Of a stretch of 64,000 nt of DNA, positions 1-7,905 are shown piece by piece. Location of the stretch: the IMG/VR virus record IMGVR_UViG_3300021335_000004; one strand, written 5' to 3'. The notes beneath the pieces are model-generated. The model was not told the origin of the DNA. It did no database searches and worked only from the letters and a program-made list of their open reading frames with translations. Made by a program: the position numbers and the translations under genes. Position 1 is the first letter of the stretch; every line of letters begins with the position of its first letter. Origin of the DNA: a virus.

Positions 1-183
1 GCTGATGAATTGACAGCGTACGCAGTCAAAAAACATTGGGATTCTAAATTATTTGAACCATGTCGCGTAGTCGAACGAGTGTTGACAACTCGCGCAGATG
101 TTGAAAATGTAATAATTTTCACGCCTGAAGATTTAGACATGGATGACATGGACTTTATGATAGAGGTAAGATTTGACTCATAA
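1..183 (+). CDS. hypothetical protein, 3' part (truncated by window edge)
   Basis: Frame 1 is open from base 1 to TAA at 181-183 (…DMDDMDFMIEVRFDS*). Confidence 0.6.
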   Translation, partial: ADELTAYAVKKHWDSKLFEPCRVVERVLTTRADVENVIIFTPEDLDMDDMDFMIEVRFDS

Positions 184-192
184 AGTCATATA

Positions 193-273
193 AATCAAAG
201 GGTTGCGGGGGGCCCCGGAGGCCGGCTAAGTGTTTGAATTCATTGGATAAATGTGTTGCATAAATACAACACT
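193..273. repeat. intergenic repeat R1: IHF-consensus box, GC-rich CCGGGG core, inverted IHF-like box, GTGTTG-N8-CAACAC palindrome
   Basis: AATCAAAGGGTTG (193-205) matches WATCAANNNNTTR; GC core GGGGGGCCCCGG; inverted near-match at 227-239. Confidence 0.7.
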
Positions 274-442
274 TTCCGCTTTTTACGAAAAAAAGACATT
301 CACAACGCATTTTTTGCTTTACTTTACTGAAAAAGTGTTGTATAACTATATATATCAAATGAGAAAGAGCGTTAAGAAAGGCCATGTGGCTAGTCCTGAA
401 AATGGAAACCTCATTTCTACCAACCATATAAGGATGTTAAAT

Positions 443-751
443 ATGGAAAAGAAAAATGTAAATTATACTGTTGAGATGACTGCTAAAGCGGTTGACCTTT
501 ATCAAGAGGGTGCGACTGTTGACCAGATTGCTGATGCTATCGGTAAATCTGTTCGTTCGGTTCGCTCAAAGCTGGTTCGTGAAGGTGTGTATGTAGCGCA
601 ACCAAAACCAGCTTCAGCAAAGAAAGCTGATGAGCCTACGAAAAAAGAGCTGATGATTCAGCTTGAGGAAGTGGTTCCATTTCCTACTGATGGTCTGATG
701 GGTGCGACTAAAGCCTGTCTGATGGCTATCTTGTCTCATTACGAGCAATAA
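443..751 (+). CDS. T5 A2-like pre-early DNA-binding protein, paralogue 1
   Basis: HTH-like segment IADAIGKSVRSVRSKLVREGVY; SVRSKL recalls T5 A2. Likely start ATG 443 after AGGA; the ORF track extends to 251. Confidence 0.6.
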   Translation: MEKKNVNYTVEMTAKAVDLYQEGATVDQIADAIGKSVRSVRSKLVREGVYVAQPKPASAKKADEPTKKELMIQLEEVVPFPTDGLMGATKACLMAILSHYEQ

Positions 752-808
752 AATAAAATGGGCAAGCCTAACGGCTTGTCCTCTCTACTTCTTGTTAGGA
801 TGATGATT

Positions 809-1450
809 ATGGAAAAAAATTTAGAATATCTTATTCGCTTGAACCAATTAGCTGAAACAGTTTATGCAAATAAATTTCGTATTGCTGTATTATTAGAAGG
901 TCGTGACGGTGCTGGAAAGTCTGGAACTATTCGAGAACTAACCAGATATCTGCCACCATATACACATCGCGTTATGCCATCATTTATGCCAACAAAACGC
1001 ATGATGAAAGCATGGCTTGCTGGCTGGTCTAAACTAATGCCAAAGCAAGGCGAGATTGTTTTCTATGATCGCTCTTATTATTCGCGTGCTTTACTACAAC
1101 CTGTTATGGGTTGGTGTTCTGAAAACCAATATGATAATTTTATGAAAAAAGTTATAGAGTGGGAACAAGAGCAGCCCATTCTATTTGTAAAACTATGGCT
1201 TTCTGTTGACGAAAATAAACAACGCAATTTATTAAAGCGTAGAGCTAATGACCCTTTACGTTATTGGAAATACAGTCCTAATGATGAAAAAGCTGTGTCA
1301 GCATTTGATAAACTTACTGTCAAAAAAGAAAAGATGTTTGAACTTGGTGGCTGGAATATTATCGACATGGAAAACCGTTTTGCTGGTCGTAATCAAGCAT
1401 TAAAAACTGTTGTTGAAAAAATCGAACAAGAAACTAGCCAAATCGTTTAG
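809..1450 (+). CDS. ppk2: polyphosphate kinase 2
   Basis: Walker A EGRDGAGKSGTI, Walker B YDRSYY, lid region DPLRYWKYSPND. Confidence 0.9.
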   Translation: MEKNLEYLIRLNQLAETVYANKFRIAVLLEGRDGAGKSGTIRELTRYLPPYTHRVMPSFMPTKRMMKAWLAGWSKLMPKQGEIVFYDRSYYSRALLQPVMGWCSENQYDNFMKKVIEWEQEQPILFVKLWLSVDENKQRNLLKRRANDPLRYWKYSPNDEKAVSAFDKLTVKKEKMFELGGWNIIDMENRFAGRNQALKTVVEKIEQETSQIV

Positions 1451-1453
1451 AAA

Positions 1454-1579
1454 AATCAAGGACTTACAGGCGGCCGGGGTGTCGAAATTATTCAATGATT
1501 TCAACTACTTATGCACCACCCCGGCGGCGGCGTAAGTCATTGATTTAATTGGGAAAATGTGTTGCATATATGTCACACT
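1454..1579. repeat. intergenic repeat R2 (double unit)
   Basis: AATCAAGGACTTA at 1454-1466, GGCCGGGG and CCCCGGCGG cores, inverted perfect box TAAGTCATTGATT at 1533-1545. Confidence 0.75.
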
Positions 1580-1694
1580 TTGGAAGAAATAAGAAAAAAA
1601 CGCATAAAAGACGCATTTTTTTCTTGCAATACCTTGAAAATGGTGCTATAAATACCTATATATAATAGGTAAACAGAAAAAGGAATTTTACCAA

Positions 1695-2252
1695 ATGGCT
1701 AACTATATTATCTCAATCACTGCCAATGATACCACTCTTTTCAAATCTGGTTGGACTGGTAATCATCGCTTGGATGATGACGGATTTCCAGAGGGTCGCT
1801 TCAAAGAATTTTTGCGCTCATATGGTCGCAACGGTTGGACTGTTAATTTTCACAACTGCTTGGTTTTGGATGATGATCGCAAAACTTATTTGATCGAACA
1901 ACTGTCGCAAATTATGATGGCTAAAAAAGGTCTTGATTTTTTCAAAGCTCAAGCTGATGCGATTGCTGTTGGCGTTAAATCTGGATGGACTGAAATTTTT
2001 GCTGTATCACTTAACCAGATCAGAGGCTATCAAGGGAAGGCTGTTCAAATTTGCAAAAAGCTAAATTGGAACTTTCGCAAAATTCAAAAATACATTCGCG
2101 ACTTTTGTCGCAAACATTTCGAGGCTGATAATTATGCAGAATATAAATACGGAGAAAAAGTTTATCGCACAACCCCATTTAATCGTAAAAAGCCGCGTTG
2201 GGATACACGTTCTCAGAAACAGACAATCATTGAGAGCATTACGAAAAACTAA
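1695..2252 (+). CDS. hypothetical protein, possibly T5orf172/GIY-YIG-like
   Basis: N-terminal YII…FKSGWT…R pattern; RBS AAGGA upstream. Confidence 0.45.
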   Translation: MANYIISITANDTTLFKSGWTGNHRLDDDGFPEGRFKEFLRSYGRNGWTVNFHNCLVLDDDRKTYLIEQLSQIMMAKKGLDFFKAQADAIAVGVKSGWTEIFAVSLNQIRGYQGKAVQICKKLNWNFRKIQKYIRDFCRKHFEADNYAEYKYGEKVYRTTPFNRKKPRWDTRSQKQTIIESITKN

Positions 2253-2280
2253 ATCTAATTTGAAAAAAGGAAAATAGAAA

Positions 2281-2520
2281 ATGATGAAAATTGAAAATAT
2301 CCGTTTTGACGAGATCGAAAATTTCACTTCAGACGAATTGCATGAAGCAATTTTGGTTTTGGAAAATGCTCAACCCTCAGAGCGTCAGGCGCAGCTTCTA
2401 AATCGTGCGCTTGATGTAGCTGATGAGCGTGAGCAATGGGAAAATGACGGCCAACCAGATTGGGCGCAAGAATGGGAAGATTTTGGGGAAGTCTATGACG
2501 ACTGCCCAGAATACATTTAA
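2281..2520 (+). CDS. acidic hypothetical phage protein
   Basis: C-terminal DGQPDWAQEWEDF motif; follows RBS. Confidence 0.7.
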   Translation: MMKIENIRFDEIENFTSDELHEAILVLENAQPSERQAQLLNRALDVADEREQWENDGQPDWAQEWEDFGEVYDDCPEYI

Positions 2521-2531
2521 TAGGTGATAGG

Positions 2532-2630
2532 ATGCAAAAATTTCGCTTATTTCTAGAAATCGTTAGAACGTGCGTACCAATCGCAATTCTTGTTTTACAA
2601 ATCTTTATTCTGAAAGGCATGTCGCTATGA
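2532..2630 (+). CDS. small hydrophobic protein (32 aa)
   Basis: MQKFRLFLEIVRTCVPIAILVLQIFILKGMSL*; AGGTGA RBS; not in the ORF track. Confidence 0.55.
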   Translation: MQKFRLFLEIVRTCVPIAILVLQIFILKGMSL

Positions 2631-2725
2631 TGAAAAAAATGTTAATTGGAACTTATCTCGCTTATTCTGTTGCAACGGATACAATAATTTGGGGTGGCGC
2701 TTTATACTGGCTGATTTTCAAATAA
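2627..2725 (+). CDS. small hydrophobic protein (32 aa)
   Basis: MMKKMLIGTYLAYSVATDTIIWGGALYWLIFK*; ATGA overlap with the previous ORF. Confidence 0.55.
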   Translation: MMKKMLIGTYLAYSVATDTIIWGGALYWLIFK

Positions 2726-2773
2726 AATCAGGGGGTTGCGAGGCGGCCGGGGGCGCCCGCTAAGTCATTGATT
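2726..2773. repeat. intergenic repeat R3
   Basis: AATCAGGGGGTTG, core GGCGGCCGGGGGCGCCCG, inverted TAAGTCATTGATT at 2761-2773. Confidence 0.75.
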
Positions 2774-2866
2774 TAATTGGATATTTTAATTGTATTTTGT
2801 CGCATACTGAACACTAATAGTCGCATAGAGGAAAGCAGAAACTGAAAAACCTGCTATATTAATATC

Positions 2867-3007
2867 ATGATGAAGAAAAAGATAAACAAAAGAAATCCTG
2901 TTGCTCGTGAGGTCAAAACTCTGCGCCCAAAGATTATTGCATCTAAAAAGTGCTATGATCGCAAGCGTCAAAAGATTGACGCGAAAAACTGTGATATGTC
3001 AAATTAA
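2867..3007 (+). CDS. small basic phage protein (NPVA…YxRK type)
   Basis: MMKKKINKRNPVAREVKTLRPKIIASKKCYDRK…; ATG lies 6 nt after a TATATT -10 box, so probably leaderless. Confidence 0.55.
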   Translation: MMKKKINKRNPVAREVKTLRPKIIASKKCYDRKRQKIDAKNCDMSN

Positions 3008-3084
3008 AGACTTGACTTTTGTTTATTTTTATGCTATATTCTATTTATAAAATGATGTTCAACTCTTAGACAAAGGATGATAAT

Positions 3085-3396
3085 ATGTCTGAAAAAAATG
3101 TAAACTACACACCTGAAATGACTGCTAAAGCAATCGACCTCTACCAAGAGGGTGTTTCAATTGACGAAATCGCAGATGCGATCAATAAGACTGTTCGCTC
3201 TGTTCGTTCAAAACTCGTTCGCGAGGGTGTATATGTCGCCCAACCAAAAGCGACTGCTCGTAAATCTGACGAGCCAACTAAGAAAGAGATGCTTCGCGAT
3301 TTAGAAGATGCTCTGCCTAACGACTTTCCTATCACTGGCATGATGGGTGCAACTAAGGAAGCAATTGTTGCTTTGATGGGTGTCATCAAACAATAA
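3085..3396 (+). CDS. T5 A2-like protein, paralogue 2
   Basis: Near-identical motif VRSVRSKLVREGVYVAQPK. Confidence 0.6.
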   Translation: MSEKNVNYTPEMTAKAIDLYQEGVSIDEIADAINKTVRSVRSKLVREGVYVAQPKATARKSDEPTKKEMLRDLEDALPNDFPITGMMGATKEAIVALMGVIKQ

Positions 3397-3403
3397 TGCT
3401 TTC

Positions 3404-3440
3404 GAGGGAGGCGAAAGCCTCTCTCACTCTTTTTTATTTT
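3404..3440 (+). terminator. intrinsic terminator
   Basis: GAGGGAGGC-GAAA-GCCTCTCTC followed by a T-tract. Confidence 0.65.
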
Positions 3441-3456
3441 TCTTGGAGGATGCTCT

Positions 3457-3741
3457 ATGCTTATCACTAAAAAGTCAATTATTTCTGGTGTAACTACTTC
3501 TCGCGAGATCGACATCTTGCCAGAAGATCTCAAGCGTTGGGAAGCTGGAGGCGTTCTGATACAGAGCGTTTTTCCTCATCTGTCTGCTGACGACAGAGAG
3601 TTTCTCATGTCTGGCATTACGCCAGAGGAATGGGAAGAGCATTTCTCTGAGGAAGATGAATATCCAGATCAAGACCATTATGACGAATGGGACGAAGCCA
3701 TTTGGCGAGACGAAGACCGAATAGGTCAACGATTACAATGA
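3457..3741 (+). CDS. conserved hypothetical phage protein
   Basis: LIQSVFPHLSADDREFLMSGITPEEWEE motif; GGAGG RBS. Confidence 0.75.
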   Translation: MLITKKSIISGVTTSREIDILPEDLKRWEAGGVLIQSVFPHLSADDREFLMSGITPEEWEEHFSEEDEYPDQDHYDEWDEAIWRDEDRIGQRLQ

Positions 3742-3819
3742 CTTACGGCCGGCCGGGGTGCTGGATTTTCCTAATGATTTCAAACAGATAGCAGAACAGC
3801 TGTGACATTTTTGCCACAC
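3733..3819. repeat. intergenic repeat R4
   Basis: TTACAATGACTTA, core CGGCCGGCCGGGG, palindrome TGTGACATTTTTGCCACA. Confidence 0.65.
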
Positions 3820-3916
3820 CAACTAGATAAAATGCGTCCAGAGGCCATTTTGTGCTTGCAATCTGGTTATTTTTACTGTATAACTATATATAAGAATAAC
3901 AAATAAGGAGAAAATC

Positions 3917-4396
3917 TTGAACACAGTTTTTATATTCGATTTAGATGGAACAATTATCGACTCTGAACATCGCACCCCTCGCGATAAGCAAGGAAAGCTA
4001 ATCTTGAATGAGTGGTTTCGCCTTGCAACATGGGATAATATCGAAAAAGATACATTGCTTCCACTTGCTCGTCTGTTTAGGTTTCTAAAACGTAGACATA
4101 CCCCAATGCTGGTTTGCACTGCTAGAACTCTAACAGAGGCAGATAAACGGTTTTTTGCAAAACATGCTCTAGGCTGTAAATTCACACTCTCTAGACCTAA
4201 AGGCGATACTCGTCCAGACGGTCAACTTAAAAGAGAAATGCTTGAGGAATTTTTCTCAACTCGTTGGCAAAATCATAAAAAGATTATGTTTGACGATAAT
4301 CAAGAGGTGTTGCGAGAGGTTGCTAAAATTGGCATCATAGCTCGCGATGCTGTCAAATCTAACAATCACATGGAGGTTGCGTTCGCTAATGGCTAA
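3917..4396 (+). CDS. HAD-superfamily phosphatase (T4 PNKP phosphatase-domain-like)
   Basis: FDLDGT motif I, TAR motif II, K, and FDDN motif IV. Confidence 0.85.
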   Translation: MNTVFIFDLDGTIIDSEHRTPRDKQGKLILNEWFRLATWDNIEKDTLLPLARLFRFLKRRHTPMLVCTARTLTEADKRFFAKHALGCKFTLSRPKGDTRPDGQLKREMLEEFFSTRWQNHKKIMFDDNQEVLREVAKIGIIARDAVKSNNHMEVAFANG

Positions 4397-4598
4397 ACAA
4401 ACTTTTGGAAATAAAACTGGAACCTGCACGATATGCGGCATCAACTGCTGGGATACTAACAACGGCCAACCTATAATTTGGCCTTGTGGGGTTAAGTCTT
4501 GTCCTTATGAAACTACTGAACAACAGTCGCAGATTGGCTTAAACTATTCACGCTCTGATGTTGGCAACTCGCTACAACTTACGATTTATCAAGGATAA
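4389..4598 (+). CDS. small Cys4 zinc-binding protein
   Basis: CTICGINC…CGVKSC; ATG 4389 after GGAGG. Confidence 0.6.
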   Translation: MAKQTFGNKTGTCTICGINCWDTNNGQPIIWPCGVKSCPYETTEQQSQIGLNYSRSDVGNSLQLTIYQG

Positions 4599-4650
4599 TC
4601 AAGAGGTTAGCAGGGGCCCGGGGCCCAAATAGTCAAGGAAAACAATGCTT
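4597..4650. repeat. intergenic repeat R5
   Basis: AATCAAGAGGTTA followed by core GGGGCCCGGGGCCC. Confidence 0.7.
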
Positions 4651-4912
4651 CAGATGGTGTTGTTAAACCAACAAAATGAAATGAATTCAACTACTTCCCC
4701 ACCAATGTTAATCCTTGATTTTTACTTAGCGTCCATTCTTCATCCAACATCTTAAAAGCAGTTCCTACCTGCGCCAGTAGTAGTTCGACGATTGTCAAGT
4801 AAAAAGTCAACGCAAATGCTAGTACGTGTCCAAATAAAGTGAAGTCCTATATGCACCGCCCTAAGTAGTAAATCTTCGAAGTATTTTCTCGAATGGTTCC
4901 TAACGCGCCGCC

Positions 4913-4942
4913 ATCTTACCACAAGTCCCCCCTCGTTGTCAA
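4913..4942 (-). promoter_or_regulatory. sigma70-type promoter pointing left, antisense to the pre-early genes
   Basis: TTGACA-18-TAAGAT followed by GC-rich GGCGGCGC; no sizeable ORF downstream. Confidence 0.5.
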
Positions 4943-5232
4943 GTAAAAAATGAACGACAGCGCAACTAAATGTGTAGTCCCTATAAAATTATTCGATCTA
5001 GCGTCGCACGGCAGTGCGGTCATTTAGTTCTTGCAATCTCGTCTCCAATATGTTACTCTCTATATAACAAATGAAGAAAGAAGCGAGATATTCTAGAAAA
5101 AAGCACACACAGATCAATGCAATTTTTCTCTTGCTCTTTGCTAAAAGTTTTGATATATTATATATAGAGAATGAGGGAAGGGAACGCCTCACGACTGTTC
5201 CCACCGAAGAGATAGCTGTAAGGAGATGTAAT

Positions 5233-5541
5233 ATGGCTGATACACAAAAGGCAGTAAACTATACTGCAGAAATGACTGCTGCGATTGTTGAGCAGTACCA
5301 GAACGGCGTAGAGATTGATGAGATCGCTGCGTCTATTGAAAAGAGCGTGCGTTCTGTACGTTCGAAACTCGTCCGTGAGGGCGTGTATGTAGCGCAACCT
5401 AAAGTCGCTGCGCGTAAGCAAGATGGTCCTACGAAGAAGGAACTCTTGCGCGATCTCGAAGCTACTGGCTTCGACGTAGTAGGCTTTGAAGGTGCTACTA
5501 AAGATGCACTTGTGCGTCTGATGGGCGTAGTAGCCCAATAA
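5233..5541 (+). CDS. T5 A2-like protein, paralogue 3
   Basis: KSVRSVRSKLVREGVYVAQPK; ATG 5233 after AAGGAG. Confidence 0.6.
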   Translation: MADTQKAVNYTAEMTAAIVEQYQNGVEIDEIAASIEKSVRSVRSKLVREGVYVAQPKVAARKQDGPTKKELLRDLEATGFDVVGFEGATKDALVRLMGVVAQ

Positions 5542-5549
5542 GGGGGAAC

Positions 5550-5581
5550 TGAGGGGAGACTTTGTCTCTCCTCTTTTTTTT
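5550..5581 (+). terminator. intrinsic terminator
   Basis: GAGGGGAGAC-TTT-GTCTCTCCTC plus T-run. Confidence 0.7.
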
Positions 5582-5589
5582 AACCGCTC

Positions 5590-6331
5590 GCGCACTACGT
5601 GCGCTCTAAAAAAGACGAAGTCTTATTTTAGCAAGTCATATATTCCCCATAGCAGTCATAGTCTATCCCTCCCACCTCACCCTTTTATCATAGCATATAA
5701 AAAACCCATATGCAAGTGCATTGTGGGCGCACTTCGTGCGCACGCAGCCTTATCTTGTAAAAAAAAGGGTTATTTGGTAAAAAACATCAAAAAGATGAAT
5801 TAAAACATAAAAAACGGCAGTTTTTACTAGTAGAGAACAAGTTAAAAAATGATAATTCTTGCACCCTCAACACCAAAATAATAAACGTCGAACTTGCACG
5901 CTGCGCCACGATTGCGAACTCCGTTCGCGGTTGTTTTGATTGATCATTGGGATAATCATCTAAAGCCTCCTTCGTCGGCTTTGAGGTTAAGGTATATATA
6001 TTTAATATCCCAATAATAATATGTAGACGCTCCGCGTGAAGATTCATCATCATTGCAACTAGTTCATCGAGTATGCACTTCGTGCATCTCGCGTTGGAAC
6101 TACATAGATGCAAATTCTTTGCCTTGGGCAGTTCCAATAACGCGATGAAATATAGTGTGAACATAGGGATCATAGATGAAAGCTCCGCACTCTCGCGTTC
6201 AACTAGTGCAATTCCTACTTCATTTTCACAACACCCAATAGTAGAGTAACAGATTTCAAATATTTGTGCAATAGTTAAAAGATGATATTGCATATAATGC
6301 TACGGCAAATGCAGTTAAAAACACTTCGTGT
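5590..6331 (-). other. non-coding cluster of C(GNA)G DNA mini-hairpins (candidate injection-stop or DNA-processing signal)
   Basis: Hairpins at 5590, 5727, 5914, 6027, 6073, 6182 and 6321, all with loop GNA on the minus strand. Confidence 0.55.
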
Positions 6332-6472
6332 AGTAGTGCATTTTCAATTTTTAAGACTGGCACTGTTGATTTGATCGTAGATCAAACGCGACGCCTGCTG
6401 TGGAGTAATTTTAAAAAGAAGATTGGACAGACTATAAGATGTATGATAAAGTAGTAGATAAATGGAGGCGAT

Positions 6473-7894
6473 ATGAGTAAAAGATTAGTTGTTGAAAAAA
6501 GTGGAAATGCTGCCCTAGTTCTTTCAAATGGAGAACTACAGTGGGACTATGTCACTAATAGATTACGAGTACACGACGGATATACTGCCGGTGGCCGTTC
6601 GTCAATTCAAATGTACTCAAGCGGATTTAGCTACGTCTTTCCTACTCCTGTTTCATCAACACCTACAATTACATGGTCTGGTACGGTTACAGAAACTATT
6701 CTATATGCAGACTCTCCAGAATCAAATGGTTATTTTGGTTCATGGGCATCTATTTCAGGTGATGGAGACTATGTCGCAATCGGCGCATACGGTCAAGGAT
6801 CTTATGGTAATGCCTATATCTTTAACTATTCAGGAAGTAGCTGGTCACAACAAGCAAAACTACAACAATCAGATACTGGAGTAGGTGATGCGTTTGGTAA
6901 ACGTCTTGATATTTCGAAAGATGCTTTATACGTAATTGTCGGAAACTCAGAAGACGAAACTGAGACTTCTGGGTTCAACTATAATAACTTAGATTATGGA
7001 GCTGCGTACATCTTTTTAAGAACTGGATCGTCATGGGCGCAACAAGCAAAACTTACTCCCTCAGATAGAGCCCAACAAGATAAATTTGGTTCATCAGTGA
7101 GTCTTTCAGATGATGGAACTTACGCACTTGTTGGTGCTTATAAGAAATACGTTGGTTCAGATACGTATGTAGGTGCTGCATACATCTTTTTAAGAACTGG
7201 GACGTCATGGGCGCAACAAGCTAAGATAACAGCTTCAGATGCACAAGCAGTTGATCAATTTGGTTGGTCAAGTGCAATTTCAGGAGACGGACTTTATGCT
7301 ATTGTAGGTGCGATTGGCGAAGACACTGGCGGATCGAATTCTGGAGCAGCCTACATCTATTTAAGAACAGGCACTTCATGGGCTCAACAAGCTAAAATTC
7401 AATCAGGAGGATCTGGAGCTAACTTTGGTTACAGCGTGGATATTTCAGGAGATGGACTTTATGCTGTTATAGGTGCCACACAAGCAGAAAGCACAGCAGG
7501 TGCTGCTTATGTATATTTAAGAACAGGAACAAGCTGGGCATTACAAAGTACTTTAACAGCCTCTGATGGTGTGTCTAGTGATCAGCTTGGACTAGGTGTG
7601 GCGATAAGTCATGATGGCAAGTTTGTTACTGTTACTACACGTTTAGAAGATGGCGGTGACGGTGATCCTTTAGCTAATGCTGGTGCAGCGTATGTGTTTG
7701 AAAGAGATGATACAACTTGGACGGAAGTAAAAAAGATAACAGCATCTGACGCACAAGCCAATGATCAATTTGGTGGTTATGGAGTCTCAATGAACGCAGA
7801 CGGTTCTAAAATGGTTACAGGTGCTTGGCAAGAAGATGGTGGTTCAGGTGACCCAAACAGTGGTGCAGGTGCTGCATACATTTATGAAGTATAA
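6473..7894 (+). CDS. FG-GAP repeat beta-propeller protein with tail-anchor-like N-terminus
   Basis: Seven repeats of FGxSVxISGDG…GAAYIF…W.QQAKL; N-terminal GEL…NRLRVHDG.TAGG (Mtd_N-like). Confidence 0.85.
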   Translation: MSKRLVVEKSGNAALVLSNGELQWDYVTNRLRVHDGYTAGGRSSIQMYSSGFSYVFPTPVSSTPTITWSGTVTETILYADSPESNGYFGSWASISGDGDYVAIGAYGQGSYGNAYIFNYSGSSWSQQAKLQQSDTGVGDAFGKRLDISKDALYVIVGNSEDETETSGFNYNNLDYGAAYIFLRTGSSWAQQAKLTPSDRAQQDKFGSSVSLSDDGTYALVGAYKKYVGSDTYVGAAYIFLRTGTSWAQQAKITASDAQAVDQFGWSSAISGDGLYAIVGAIGEDTGGSNSGAAYIYLRTGTSWAQQAKIQSGGSGANFGYSVDISGDGLYAVIGATQAESTAGAAYVYLRTGTSWALQSTLTASDGVSSDQLGLGVAISHDGKFVTVTTRLEDGGDGDPLANAGAAYVFERDDTTWTEVKKITASDAQANDQFGGYGVSMNADGSKMVTGAWQEDGGSGDPNSGAGAAYIYEV

Positions 7895-7905
7895 AAGGAT
7901 AAAAG

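Noticed and set aside
193-4650. CRISPR array interpretation of the intergenic repeats
   Set aside because: The repeats are degenerate, about 1 kb apart and separated by genes; no cas genes are present.
5787-6293. 168-aa minus-strand ORF
   Set aside because: No RBS or recognisable motif; it overlaps the hairpin cluster and has atypical composition, so it is probably spurious.
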